This document shows positions 18,109 through 27,481 of a stretch of 64,000 nt of DNA, piece after piece; the stretch's first letter is position 1; each line of letters starts with the position of its first letter. Made by a program: the position numbers and the translations under genes. Source of the stretch: an uncultured Sediminispirochaeta sp. (lineage in GTDB: Bacteria > Spirochaetota > Spirochaetia > DSM-16054 > Sediminispirochaetaceae); NCBI GenBank assembly GCA_964632675.1, contig CAZWDV010000008.1, positions 17,725 through 81,724 of the forward strand, given 5' to 3'. The notes under the pieces were generated by a model. That model saw nothing but the letters and a program-made list of their open reading frames with translations, was not told the origin of the DNA and did no database searches.

Positions 18109-19380
18109 GTGGATAAAGGGAAAATTGGAATAAAAGTCGCCGACGGAAGTTTTTATCCCATTCTGGATGAAGGGGTCGCACAAAAGAAACGCCTCGTGCT
18201 TACCACGGTGAAAGATGATCAGGAAAGCGTTCAAATAGATCTGTACAAAGGCTCCGGCGAGGGAATGGAAGATGCCGCGTACGTCGGCAGTCTTCTGGTG
18301 GAAAATATTACCCCCGATACCCAGGGAAATGCCGAGATAGAGCTGATAGTCGGCCTTGACGAGGAGGGCAACCTTGAAACGGTAGCCGAGGACAGGCAGA
18401 GTGGCTCTAAACAGAGCTTGTCGGTGGGCCTGCAGAATTTAGATGAATCCGGCCTGTACGAGGTTCCCGACTTTTCCTTTGAGGAAGAGGACACCGGAGT
18501 GGAAGATATTTTCGGCGAAGAATCTGATTTCACCGAGGTAAAGTCAGAAGACTTGACTGAACCGGAGTTTGAACCGGAGTTTGAGACCGATTTTGAAGAA
18601 GACTTTGCCTCTGATTTTGATACAGAGGAGTTGGATGTCGAAGATCCGGGGCTTGAAGAAGCGGGTTTCGCCGAGCCTGGCGAGGCGGAGGCCGCGGAAG
18701 AGTTCGGCGATTTCGATGAAGAGTTGGACTCTTTCGGGGAAGCAGCGGGAGAACCTGCCGCTGAAATCGGAGAAGAAGTCGGCGAGGAAGCCGGCGAAGA
18801 GGATTTCTTCCCGGCCGAAGAGCCCTTTGAAGAGCCCTTTGAAGAGTCTGAAGAAGAGATCGAAGAGGAAAGCGAAGAAGAGTCCCGCTCGAAAGTGCGG
18901 CCGGTCTTGGTAGCCCTCTTAGTCATTCTGGCCCTGGGTTTAATTGGTGCACTGCTGTATCTGTTTGTGTTTATGGCGGCCGATGAAGAGCCCGCCCCGC
19001 AGCTGCAGACTCAACAAGAACAGGAGCAAAAACAGACTGCCGCGGAAGCCGCCGAGCAGGAAGCTGCAGAGGAGCCGGCGGGCGCAGAGGAGCCGGCCCA
19101 GTCCGAACAACCGGCTGCAGAGACGCCGACGGCCGAAACGCAGCCGGCCCCCGGAGAAGGAGCCGCTGAAGGCGAAGCGGCGGTGAGCCCGAGCCGCGAT
19201 CAAGTAGAGTTTACCGGCGGGGTATGGTACAAAATCAGGTGGGGTGATACACTCTGGGAAATTTCATCCAGCTTTTACGACAACCCTTGGCTATATGATC
19301 AGATTGCAGAAGAAAACGAAATACGAAACCCGGACGTTATTTACGCGGAAAACAGCATTTTTGTACCCAAAACGCAGTAG
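18109..19380 (+). CDS. Hsp70 substrate-binding-domain-like / acidic linker / TM / LysM protein
   Basis: 423 aa, GTG start with a GGAGGG SD. The N-terminus LVLTTVKDDQESVQIDLYKGSGEGMEDAAYVGSLLVENITPDTQGNAEIELIVGLDEEGNLETVAEDRQSG mirrors the DnaK SBD-beta pattern. About 150 aa of D/E-F repeats follow, then the TM VLVALLVILALGLIGALLYLFVF. The C-terminal YKIRWGDTLWEISSSFYDNPWLYDQIAEENEIRNPDVIYAENSIFVP is a LysM motif. Confidence 0.7.
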   Translation: MDKGKIGIKVADGSFYPILDEGVAQKKRLVLTTVKDDQESVQIDLYKGSGEGMEDAAYVGSLLVENITPDTQGNAEIELIVGLDEEGNLETVAEDRQSGSKQSLSVGLQNLDESGLYEVPDFSFEEEDTGVEDIFGEESDFTEVKSEDLTEPEFEPEFETDFEEDFASDFDTEELDVEDPGLEEAGFAEPGEAEAAEEFGDFDEELDSFGEAAGEPAAEIGEEVGEEAGEEDFFPAEEPFEEPFEESEEEIEEESEEESRSKVRPVLVALLVILALGLIGALLYLFVFMAADEEPAPQLQTQQEQEQKQTAAEAAEQEAAEEPAGAEEPAQSEQPAAETPTAETQPAPGEGAAEGEAAVSPSRDQVEFTGGVWYKIRWGDTLWEISSSFYDNPWLYDQIAEENEIRNPDVIYAENSIFVPKTQ

Positions 19381-21649
19381 CTTCGGCCTGCTGCTACTGC
19401 TTTTGTGGGTCTGGCCGCTTTCGGCGAGCGATTACAGCGATACAAACCTCAGCAATTTAATCAAATCACTCCAACTCAAAGAGCCGTATGCAACCGAGAC
19501 ACTGTTCGAGAATATTGCCTCGGGAGCACTCAGTCCGGAGGTGGTAGACCGCTACAGTCCAGAGGCAGCTCTGTTTTTGGGGCTGCATGCGGTGGAAAAG
19601 GAGCTGTTTTCTGCCGCGGAGCGTTTGTTGCGGTATGCCGCTGCAATGGACGGTTCCGATTTGCACGGTCACGCAGTGGATGAGTTTATCCGTCTGCTGG
19701 CCCGGCAGGGAAAATGGGAAGAGCTGACTGCGTATGTTGACACGAGCCTGCCCGGCGGGGCGGTGAGCGCATATGCCGCGGTCTCTCATGCGCGGGCCCT
19801 GCTGGAGACCGGCCGGCTGCCGGCGCTTGAGCAGGCAGTGCAGGAGTACCGCGGGCTGGTGGAGGGCGAAGGGCCGGCGGCGCTGCAGGCGGAGTTTCTG
19901 CTTATCAGAATAAAACAGGAGCGCCGCCGCGGCGGAAGCCGCTGGTCCGGAGCGCTTATCAAGCTGATTACCGCCTTTCCCCGGGAAGATCTGCCGCTGG
20001 AGCTGTTTGCCGAAGCGGGCGGGACGAACTTAGCCGATCTGCCGGAAGGGCCGTTTTCATCCGCAGAGCGGAGCCTGCTGCTGGCAAAGTACGCCTACGG
20101 GCGGCGGGAGTATCATTCGGCCTTTGCCCATTACCATGAGTTCATGCAGGAGGCCGCCGAACGCAGCGAGCTGTTGACCGGGGTGATAACCGACGAGTTT
20201 GCCTTGAGCGGGCTCTACTCGGGACGTACCCGGGAGGCCTACGCCGCTGCGGAGGGCGTCCGCCGCAGCCTGGAGGCCGCTGGCAGCGCGGATGGGGAGG
20301 ACGAGCTTGCGGCCGGAACGGCTGAGGCGCCGGAGGAGGGCAGTGCCCTGTTCTGGTTGCTCGAAACCGAGGGGTACCTGAGTCGCAAGCTGGGGCGTTT
20401 CTCCTGGGCGGAGGGCCTGTATACCCGGGCTCTGAAAATTGCACCGGAAACTGAACGGCAGCGGATAAGGTGGTATATTTTTGACTGTGTGTTTCGATCC
20501 AACACCGCGGCGGCGGTGTCACGGCTGCCGGAGGCGGCTGCCGAGTGGCGGGACCCGGACTACTACACCGATGTAGTGTACAACCTGATCGACCGCCTGC
20601 TCAGCCGGCGGCAGTGGGTTCAAATTGCCGAGATAGCCGATGCACTGGAACAGTCGGCCCGCGGGGTGGCGGGCGCCCGGGCGGCCTACATTTCTGCGCG
20701 GGCGGCGGAGGCCGGACTGATAGAGGCCGACGGGCAGCAGATTCGCAACTGGTTCAGGATAGCAGTGCGCAGCTCCTGGGGCACCGGGGCCGGTTTGTAC
20801 TACCGTCTGATGTCAGCAGCGGCACTGGAGCGGCACGGTGTTACTGTCGAGGCGCTGCAGCCGGCCGACTTTTGCCGGATTCTGCCGGTGGAGTGGGCCG
20901 CCCGCGGGGCGACCCGTAGCTGGCAGCCCCTCGGCACCCAGGACCGCTTGATCCGCGGCTATGTGCAGTTCGGTCTGGCCGCCGAAGCGTACCGCCGCTG
21001 GGGCGGCGACCGCGGCTATGTGGACGGGCTGCAGCTGGAGACGGTGCGGCAGTGGACGGCGGCCCTGCAGGGGCAGCAGATGTATCTGGAGGCGATCCGT
21101 ATGTTCAGCCGCTACTGCCGGGATACCCGGGCAGTGATGACAGCGGCGGATGTAAAACTGCTGTATCCGCCGGCCTACCAGGAGTTTATTGAACCGTTGA
21201 CCGGCGAATACGAGCTGCCCGCACACGTGTTTTATGCGCTGGTGCGCGAGGAGAGCCTGTTCGATGCGGATATCTCCTCGGCGGCCGGGGCGGTGGGGCT
21301 GAGCCAGCTGATGCCCGCGACCGCCGCGGATGTGGCCGGGCGAATCGGTGTGCGGGCGACCGACCTGACCGACCCGCATCTGAACCTGCGGCTGGGCTCC
21401 TGGTACCTGGCCCACCTGATTGGGCGCACCGAGAACCTGAGCCAGGCTCTGTTTGCCTACAATGGCGGCATTACGCGGGTGCGGCGCTGGGTACGGCAGT
21501 CCGACGGATTGGAGGGAGACCTGGTGTTGGAGCTGATTCCCTTTCAGGAAACTTCGCATTACGGACGCAAAGTACTTGTGGCGGCGATAATGTACGGGTA
21601 CTTTTATCAGGGCATAGAGCTGAACAGGCTAATAGAGTCATTTTTTTAG
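19361..21649 (+). CDS. Slt70-like soluble lytic murein transglycosylase (start uncertain)
   Basis: The C-terminal SLT domain reads LVREESLFDADISSAAGAVGLSQLMPATA...AYNGG, with a long helical N-terminal region. The ORF track start 19244 overlaps the upstream gene by 137 nt. TTG 19361 gives MYPKRSSFGLLLLLLWVWPLSA/SD, a clean signal peptide. ATG 19295 is the alternative. Confidence 0.8.
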   Translation: MYPKRSSFGLLLLLLWVWPLSASDYSDTNLSNLIKSLQLKEPYATETLFENIASGALSPEVVDRYSPEAALFLGLHAVEKELFSAAERLLRYAAAMDGSDLHGHAVDEFIRLLARQGKWEELTAYVDTSLPGGAVSAYAAVSHARALLETGRLPALEQAVQEYRGLVEGEGPAALQAEFLLIRIKQERRRGGSRWSGALIKLITAFPREDLPLELFAEAGGTNLADLPEGPFSSAERSLLLAKYAYGRREYHSAFAHYHEFMQEAAERSELLTGVITDEFALSGLYSGRTREAYAAAEGVRRSLEAAGSADGEDELAAGTAEAPEEGSALFWLLETEGYLSRKLGRFSWAEGLYTRALKIAPETERQRIRWYIFDCVFRSNTAAAVSRLPEAAAEWRDPDYYTDVVYNLIDRLLSRRQWVQIAEIADALEQSARGVAGARAAYISARAAEAGLIEADGQQIRNWFRIAVRSSWGTGAGLYYRLMSAAALERHGVTVEALQPADFCRILPVEWAARGATRSWQPLGTQDRLIRGYVQFGLAAEAYRRWGGDRGYVDGLQLETVRQWTAALQGQQMYLEAIRMFSRYCRDTRAVMTAADVKLLYPPAYQEFIEPLTGEYELPAHVFYALVREESLFDADISSAAGAVGLSQLMPATAADVAGRIGVRATDLTDPHLNLRLGSWYLAHLIGRTENLSQALFAYNGGITRVRRWVRQSDGLEGDLVLELIPFQETSHYGRKVLVAAIMYGYFYQGIELNRLIESFF

Positions 21650-21706
21650 GCGTTGACGGCGCGGGTAAAGAGCGCAACTTTTATAAGAATAATGTGAGGA
21701 GAAGAA

Positions 21707-22501
21707 ATGTCCTTCATCCAATCGATTTTGTTGGGCGCCCTGCAGGGCGTGACCGAGTTCCTGCCGGTGTCCAGCAGCGGGCATCTGGTGGTGCTGAAGC
21801 GCTTTATGGCGCTGGAAGAGGTGCCGATGCTCTTCGACGTGCTGCTGCACGTGGCCACGCTGTTTGTGGTGCTGATAGTGTTCCGCGACCGGGTGGCCAA
21901 GATAGTGCTGTCTTTGGGGCGGGCGCTGATTGGGCGGCGGAACGACGAAGACCGCGAGAACCTGCGGCTGTTTGGGGTGATTATGGTTTCGACGGTGATT
22001 ACCGGCGTGATGGGGCTGGGTATCGAGCGGTTGGATCCGGGGTCGAACATCAAGCTGGTTTCGGCGCTGTTTATCGTAACGGGGATCATTTTGATCTGGA
22101 CGCGCTATATGCAGGGTACCATCAATTACGGGACCATCGGGGTGAAGCAGGGGCTGATTACCGGCTTTGGGCAGGGCCTAGGCGTGTTTCCGGGGATTTC
22201 GAGAGCGGGTATTACTATTTCGGCGGCCCTGCTGGCGGGGATGAACCGTGAGAAGGCCGGTGAATACAGCTTTCTGATTTCGATTCCGGCCATTCTGGGA
22301 GCACTGCTGCTGCAACTGAAGGACGCCGAGGCGCTGTTTGTGTCGGTGGCTCCGATGAAGGTGGCGGCCGGCTTCGGCAGCGCCTTTGTGGTGGGGCTGC
22401 TGAGCCTTTTGCTGCTGCTGCGCCTGATTCACCGGGGCAAGTTGTATCTGTTCAGCTTTTATCTGATTCCCCTGGGCCTGGCGGGCCTAAGTTTTTTCTG
22501 A
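21707..22501 (+). CDS. uppP: Undecaprenyl-diphosphate phosphatase (BacA/UppP)
   Basis: 264 aa. ALQGVTEFLPVSSSGHL and PGISRAGITI signature motifs, polytopic. Confidence 0.95.
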   Translation: MSFIQSILLGALQGVTEFLPVSSSGHLVVLKRFMALEEVPMLFDVLLHVATLFVVLIVFRDRVAKIVLSLGRALIGRRNDEDRENLRLFGVIMVSTVITGVMGLGIERLDPGSNIKLVSALFIVTGIILIWTRYMQGTINYGTIGVKQGLITGFGQGLGVFPGISRAGITISAALLAGMNREKAGEYSFLISIPAILGALLLQLKDAEALFVSVAPMKVAAGFGSAFVVGLLSLLLLLRLIHRGKLYLFSFYLIPLGLAGLSFF

Positions 22502-22562
22502 GGCCAAATTAACCTAGAAAAGTGCGTTTTTCCGCCGATAATAGAGTGTAGAGGAGGTACGT

Positions 22563-25100
22563 GTGCAGCGGCGTGTGATAACAACCAGTGCAGCGATAGT
22601 GAGTATCGCCGGTGGAGCTTATATTCTTTTATCCCTCTCTTTTTTCTCGATCGGTTTCGAGACCCTTCCGGCGGTAATTGCCCGGCCGGGCCGCTTTCTG
22701 GGGCAAAGCTACAGTCTTTTGGCATATTATGTGCCCTTGTATCTGTTTGTCCTCAGTGCGATGCTGGTGAGGCGGACATTCTTGAAGAAAACTCTGTTCG
22801 TGATGACGGCCGGGGTTCTGCCCCTGCTTACCTTTGCGCTGGTCATCCAGCTGACTCTGCAGAACTACGGTACGGCGGCGGAGGTGGTTGCGGCGGCCTT
22901 TGGTCCGAAGATTGGGGCGACCCTGCTGCTTCTGTTGGGGGCGGCCGAGATTTTGGCAATTTACATCCTGACCATGCACATTTTCGAAGGTGTGCGCCTG
23001 TTCGGCGGAAAGGGTCCGAAGCTGCTGGCCCCGCCGGAGAGTGAATCGGCGGCCGAGGAGACGGCCGGCGAGGTGGTCGGCGATGGGGCGGCCGATGCAG
23101 CCGAGCCGGAAGGGGAGCCGGCGGCGGAGCCGATGGGCGCCGAGGACGAACAGTGGGAGCAGTTCGAAACTCCCGATAGGGGCATCTCTTTTCCGGATAT
23201 ACCTGCGGCCCCGAAACTGCGGGTAAACGGCGAGTTCAGCGAAGAACTAGCGGCGGCCGAAGGATACTCCCCAGCGCTGGAAGCAGCAGAAGCAGCAGAA
23301 GAAGCAGAAGAAGCAGAAGAAGCAGAGGCGGAGGAGCTTGAAGCTCTAGGTGAAGCTGAGCCGAAAGAGCCAATAGAAATCGATTTGGATAAAATGCGTG
23401 CTCCGGACTGGGACCAGGATGAACAGGCGTATGCCGAATACGAATCTTTTGAAGAGTTCGAGACCCTGGATGATCCGGAGGACGATGAAGATGATGAGTT
23501 AGAAGTGCTCGCTGAACCCCCCAATGGCCCGGGGGACAATGGCCCGGCCGGTGCTGTTCAGGTCTACGAGGTGGTCGAAGTCGAACCGGTCTCGCACACC
23601 GGCCCGCCGCCGCCCAAGGGTACCCAGCTGCAGCTGCGCGAGAAAAAGCTGGCCAAGAAATCTACCTATAAGAATTACACGATCCCGGAAGAAGAGCTGT
23701 TGAAGGAGTACCCCGACCGGCACTACTGGGTTATCGATGACGAAACCCGCGAGTGGGCCGAGGTGCTCAAGCATACTTTGGAGGAGTTCAAGATCTCCGC
23801 CGAGGTAACCGGCATCCAGAAGGGGCCGGTTATTACGATGTTCGAGATTCTGCCGGCGCCGGGGGTCAAACTCTCCAAGATAGTGAACCTGGCCGACAAT
23901 ATCGCCCTGCGGCTGGCCGCCAGCCGGGTACGTATCGTTGCCCCTATTCCGGGCAAGCATGCGGTGGGTATCGAGGTGCCGAACAAGAAGCGGGCCCTGG
24001 TCTCCTTCAAAGAGATGCTGCAGAGCGAAGAGCTCAAAGAGTCCGACAAGAAAATACCGGTTATCCTGGGCAAGGACATTACCGGCGAAACCCAGATAGT
24101 CGACCTGGCCCAGACCCCGCACCTGCTGATCGCCGGGGCCACCGGCTCGGGAAAATCGGTCTGTGTAAACTCGATTATCTGTTCGGTGCTGTACACCCGC
24201 AGCCCCGACGAGGTGCGGATGGTGCTGATCGATCCCAAGATCGTCGAGTTGAAGCTGTACAACGACATCCCGCACCTGCTGACCCCGGTAATTACCGAGG
24301 CCAAGCGCGCCTTCCAGGCACTGCAGTATCTGCTGTACGAAATGGAGCGGCGCTACGCCCTACTCGACTCGCTGGGCGTGCGCGATATCGGGGCCTACAA
24401 CCGCAAAATCAAACGCAAACGGCTGGCCACCCAACCCCTGCCGTATGTAGTAGTGATTGTAGACGAGTTCGCCGACCTAATGGCCACCAGCGGCAAAGAG
24501 CTGGAGTCGACCCTGGCACGGCTGGCGGCCATGAGCCGGGCGGTGGGTATTCATTTGGTGCTGGCCACCCAGCGCCCTTCCATCGACGTAATAACCGGCC
24601 TGATCAAGGCCAACATTCCCTCGCGCATCGCTTTCATGGTAGCCAACAAGTTCGACTCGCGCATCATCATCGACTCGATCGGTGCCGACAAACTGCTGGG
24701 GCAGGGGGACATGCTGTTTACTTCGGCCTGGAACCCGCATCCCACCCGTATTCAGGGGGCTTACCTGTCCGAGGAAGAGGTCGAACACGTGGCCGACTAT
24801 GTGCGCACTTTAGGCGAGCCGGACTATATCGATGAGGAGATCTTCTTCGAAGAGGATGAAGAGGAGTGGGACGGTGCTGACACCAGCGCCGCCAACGATC
24901 CGCTGATGAACAAGGCCCTCGAAGTGGTGGCCAGCGCCGGCAAGGCCTCGGCCAGCTATCTGCAGCGACGGCTGAAAATCGGCTACAACCGGGCCGCCCG
25001 CCTGGTGGAAGAGATGGAGCATCGCGGCATTGTCGGCCCGCAGAACGGCAGCAAGCCGCGGGAGATTCTGCATATCCCCGACGAGCACCGGCCGGAGTAG
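22563..25100 (+). CDS. ftsK: DNA translocase FtsK/SpoIIIE
   Basis: 845 aa, GTG start after GGAGG. N-terminal TMs and an acidic linker. Motor domain with GATGSGKSV (Walker A), VVIVDEFADL (Walker B), LATQRPS. C-terminal gamma wHTH ASYLQRRLKIGYNRAARLVEEME. Confidence 0.95.
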   Translation: MQRRVITTSAAIVSIAGGAYILLSLSFFSIGFETLPAVIARPGRFLGQSYSLLAYYVPLYLFVLSAMLVRRTFLKKTLFVMTAGVLPLLTFALVIQLTLQNYGTAAEVVAAAFGPKIGATLLLLLGAAEILAIYILTMHIFEGVRLFGGKGPKLLAPPESESAAEETAGEVVGDGAADAAEPEGEPAAEPMGAEDEQWEQFETPDRGISFPDIPAAPKLRVNGEFSEELAAAEGYSPALEAAEAAEEAEEAEEAEAEELEALGEAEPKEPIEIDLDKMRAPDWDQDEQAYAEYESFEEFETLDDPEDDEDDELEVLAEPPNGPGDNGPAGAVQVYEVVEVEPVSHTGPPPPKGTQLQLREKKLAKKSTYKNYTIPEEELLKEYPDRHYWVIDDETREWAEVLKHTLEEFKISAEVTGIQKGPVITMFEILPAPGVKLSKIVNLADNIALRLAASRVRIVAPIPGKHAVGIEVPNKKRALVSFKEMLQSEELKESDKKIPVILGKDITGETQIVDLAQTPHLLIAGATGSGKSVCVNSIICSVLYTRSPDEVRMVLIDPKIVELKLYNDIPHLLTPVITEAKRAFQALQYLLYEMERRYALLDSLGVRDIGAYNRKIKRKRLATQPLPYVVVIVDEFADLMATSGKELESTLARLAAMSRAVGIHLVLATQRPSIDVITGLIKANIPSRIAFMVANKFDSRIIIDSIGADKLLGQGDMLFTSAWNPHPTRIQGAYLSEEEVEHVADYVRTLGEPDYIDEEIFFEEDEEEWDGADTSAANDPLMNKALEVVASAGKASASYLQRRLKIGYNRAARLVEEMEHRGIVGPQNGSKPREILHIPDEHRPE

Positions 25101-25107
25101 GGACGGT

Positions 25108-25662
25108 ATGACCGGCAACCTCGACCACCTATCCAGCCGCCCCTATAAAAAGACCACAGTGGCACTTCTTCTGTTGCTTTCATATATTTGTCTCACCGCC
25201 GGGCAGGTGAGTGCAAAGCTGGCCGGCACGGTTCTGCAGCCGGAGGCGGGCCGCGAAACAACTGCAATTGACCCCGGGGCTGGGGGGGGCGCCGGCGAGG
25301 TGGGCCGCCTGGCCCCCGCAGTAATAGAGGCTCTCACCCAATCCGGCCTCCGGGCCGCTCAGCTGGCGCTGATCTTTGCCGTTGGCACCTACGTTTTTTT
25401 TCTTCTGCGCGGGCTGTTGTGGATCTTTCTACTGCGCAAACTCAAGCTGGTGCTGGCTTATCCGCTGATGAGCATCGGGTATGTGCTGGTGCTGGGCGTC
25501 TCGTTTCTCTTGTTCAAAGAGACGCTGACACTCGGCAAGCTGGCCGGGGCACTGCTGCTGATGAGCGGGGTCAGTCTGGTGTCGATCGGCGAGGTGCGGC
25601 AGAAAAGGGCGGCTGATATCGCCTCAGCGGCTGCAGAAAAAGCGGCGGAAGGGGAAGGATAG
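25108..25662 (+). CDS. EamA/SMR-like small membrane protein (ArnF-like flippase subunit) with an inserted loop
   Basis: Start moved to ATG 25108 (the track start 25030 lies inside ftsK). 4-TM topology with a ~50-aa Gly/Ala-rich loop after TM1. The C-terminal half LKLVLAYPLMSIGYVLVLGVSFLLFKETLTLGKLAGALLLMSGVSLV is EamA-like. Contains a G8 tract (25282-25289) and a T8 tract (25394-25401). Confidence 0.55.
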   Translation: MTGNLDHLSSRPYKKTTVALLLLLSYICLTAGQVSAKLAGTVLQPEAGRETTAIDPGAGGGAGEVGRLAPAVIEALTQSGLRAAQLALIFAVGTYVFFLLRGLLWIFLLRKLKLVLAYPLMSIGYVLVLGVSFLLFKETLTLGKLAGALLLMSGVSLVSIGEVRQKRAADIASAAAEKAAEGEG

Positions 25663-25663
25663 C

Positions 25664-26011
25664 ATGAACCCCTACATCGCTCTGCTCCTGATGGTCCTGC
25701 TCAACACCCTGGGACAGCTGCTGGTTAAGCGAGGAGCGGTCCGTATTGATATCCATCTGGGTCCGGCCCGGCTGATCCGCTCGATGATCAATTGGCCCCT
25801 ATCTTTGGGCGGGCTTTCGGTAATCGCCGGGCCCGTACTGTATATGTACGCCCTCACCAAGGTCGAGCTGAGTGTCGGCTACAGTTTTTCCGGCCTCACC
25901 TATTTGATGGTTGTACTCAGCGGTCACCTTTTGCTCAAAGAGCGCATCGGTATATACCATGTACTCGGAACTTTGACCATTCTGGCAGGACTTATGGTGT
26001 GGAATATGTGA
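25664..26011 (+). CDS. EamA/SMR-like small membrane protein (ArnE-like flippase subunit)
   Basis: 115 aa, 4 TM. MNPYIALLLMVLLNTLGQLLVKRGA...YALTKVELSVGYSFSGLTYLMVVLSGHLLLKERI resembles ArnE/ArnF-type undecaprenyl-phosphate-sugar flippase subunits. Starts 1 nt after the upstream stop. Confidence 0.6.
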   Translation: MNPYIALLLMVLLNTLGQLLVKRGAVRIDIHLGPARLIRSMINWPLSLGGLSVIAGPVLYMYALTKVELSVGYSFSGLTYLMVVLSGHLLLKERIGIYHVLGTLTILAGLMVWNM

Positions 26012-26099
26012 ATCATCTAAGATTCCTCCCCATCTTTTTTTCAACCCGAGGGGCGGCCTTACTGCGTAAACCCGGAAAATAGTGTAAAGTGTTGTAATT

Positions 26100-27470
26100 A
26101 TGAAACAACTCACAACTCGTAAAAAAATCGGCTACGGTATTGGGGACCTCGGGGGCAACCTCTTCTTTACAATAATGGGGTTTTACCTCTTGTTTTATTT
26201 TACCGACATAGCGGGAGTTACGGCAGGCCTGGCCGGCACGGCCATCATGATCGGAAAAATCTGGGACGCGGTTACCGATCCCACAGTAGGGTATATCTCG
26301 GACCGCAGCCGCAGCCGCTGGGGGCGTCGCCGGCCCTTTATGTTGGTTGGGGCGATAATTCTGTTTTTCGGAATGGGAATACTGTTTATACCCTTTGGCG
26401 TCACCAGCCAAATTGCCCTCTTTATTCTGGCAACCCTGACCTACTGTCTGGTAAATACCGCCTACACCCTAGTCAACATACCCTACGGAGCCCTTACGCC
26501 GGAGCTTACCGACGATTATTACGAGCGGACCGTCCTCAACGGCTTTCGAATGAGCTTTGCAGTGGTGGGGACCTTTGTAGGAGTCTCAGTCGTGCTGCCG
26601 CTGGTCAATCTTTTCGGCGGAACCCGGCTGGCCTGGACCGGCATGGGCTTTGTGACCGGGGGGATCATGGCGGCATCCATGCTTACCGTGGTGTTTTCGG
26701 TGCGGGAAAACCCGAAACCCCGGCTCCACTCGCAGGAGAACATCTTCAAATCGTATCTGCAAGTGCTGAGCATGAAAACCTTTCTCACCGCCCTTATTCC
26801 CTGGACCCTCCACATGACCGGCGTAAATGTGCTGCAGACCTCGCTGTTGTATTACTTTCGTTACATCTACGGAAACGAAGCCGCTTTCCAAATCGCCCTG
26901 CCCATCCTGCTCGGGGCGGCGGTTCTGGCCATCCCCGTATGGGTGCGCATCTCCAAACACATCGGCAAAAAACTCAGTTACAACATCGGCATGCTCATAT
27001 TCGCCGCCGGAGTACTCCTGTTTTTCTTTATCGGTCACCGCACGGGAGTACAGGTTAGCTATATTATCATGTTTTTCGGAGGACTGGGCTTTGCAACGCA
27101 CTACGTTATGCCCTGGGCGATCGTACCCGACGTAGTCGAATACGACTACTGCGAACGGGGCGTACGCCGGGAGGGGGTCTTTTACGGAATGTGGACCTTC
27201 TCGAGCAAAATCGGCCAGGCAGTCGGAATCGGCCTCAGCGGCTGGATGCTCAGCGCCTTCGGATACCAGGAAAGCATCGGGGGCGTACAGGCAGCCTCAC
27301 AATCGGCCTCGGCCATGTTCGGCATCCGGCTGCTCACCGGCCCCGTCCCGGCCCTTTTCTTTATCGGCGGGATAATCGTCCTGAGCTTCTTTCCCATCAC
27401 CACAAAAAAGTATCAGGAAATAATGAAAAGGGTAGAACAGATGGAAGAAAAAGCGGAGGCAAGTGAATAG
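26100..27470 (+). CDS. MFS transporter, glycoside-pentoside-hexuronide (GPH) family
   Basis: 456 aa. KIGYGIGDLGGNLFF...KIWDAVTDPTVGYISDRSRSRWGRRRPF is the GPH/MelB-type signature. About 12 TM. Confidence 0.85.
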   Translation: MKQLTTRKKIGYGIGDLGGNLFFTIMGFYLLFYFTDIAGVTAGLAGTAIMIGKIWDAVTDPTVGYISDRSRSRWGRRRPFMLVGAIILFFGMGILFIPFGVTSQIALFILATLTYCLVNTAYTLVNIPYGALTPELTDDYYERTVLNGFRMSFAVVGTFVGVSVVLPLVNLFGGTRLAWTGMGFVTGGIMAASMLTVVFSVRENPKPRLHSQENIFKSYLQVLSMKTFLTALIPWTLHMTGVNVLQTSLLYYFRYIYGNEAAFQIALPILLGAAVLAIPVWVRISKHIGKKLSYNIGMLIFAAGVLLFFFIGHRTGVQVSYIIMFFGGLGFATHYVMPWAIVPDVVEYDYCERGVRREGVFYGMWTFSSKIGQAVGIGLSGWMLSAFGYQESIGGVQAASQSASAMFGIRLLTGPVPALFFIGGIIVLSFFPITTKKYQEIMKRVEQMEEKAEASE

Positions 27471-27481
27471 CCTGTCCCTCC

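Noticed and set aside
18231-19203. Ser-rich 231-aa minus ORF and Lys/Arg-rich + ORFs inside gene 18109
   Set aside because: They are complement or frame-shift images of the GAA/GAG-rich acidic repeat region.
19244-19360. ORF-track start of the transglycosylase gene at 19244
   Set aside because: It would overlap the upstream LysM gene by 137 nt and place ~45 non-signal residues before the hydrophobic core. TTG 19361 (or ATG 19295) gives a normal signal peptide. The same logic applies to the track starts 25030, 28231, 30592, 34916, 35887, 38224, 41412 and 52440, all of which I moved downstream.
22961-24835. ORFs 22961..23539 (-), 23499..24275 (-), 23723..24304 (-) and 23753..24835 (+) within ftsK
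   Set aside because: Shadow or alternative-frame ORFs. The Ser-rich product is the complement of the acidic linker.
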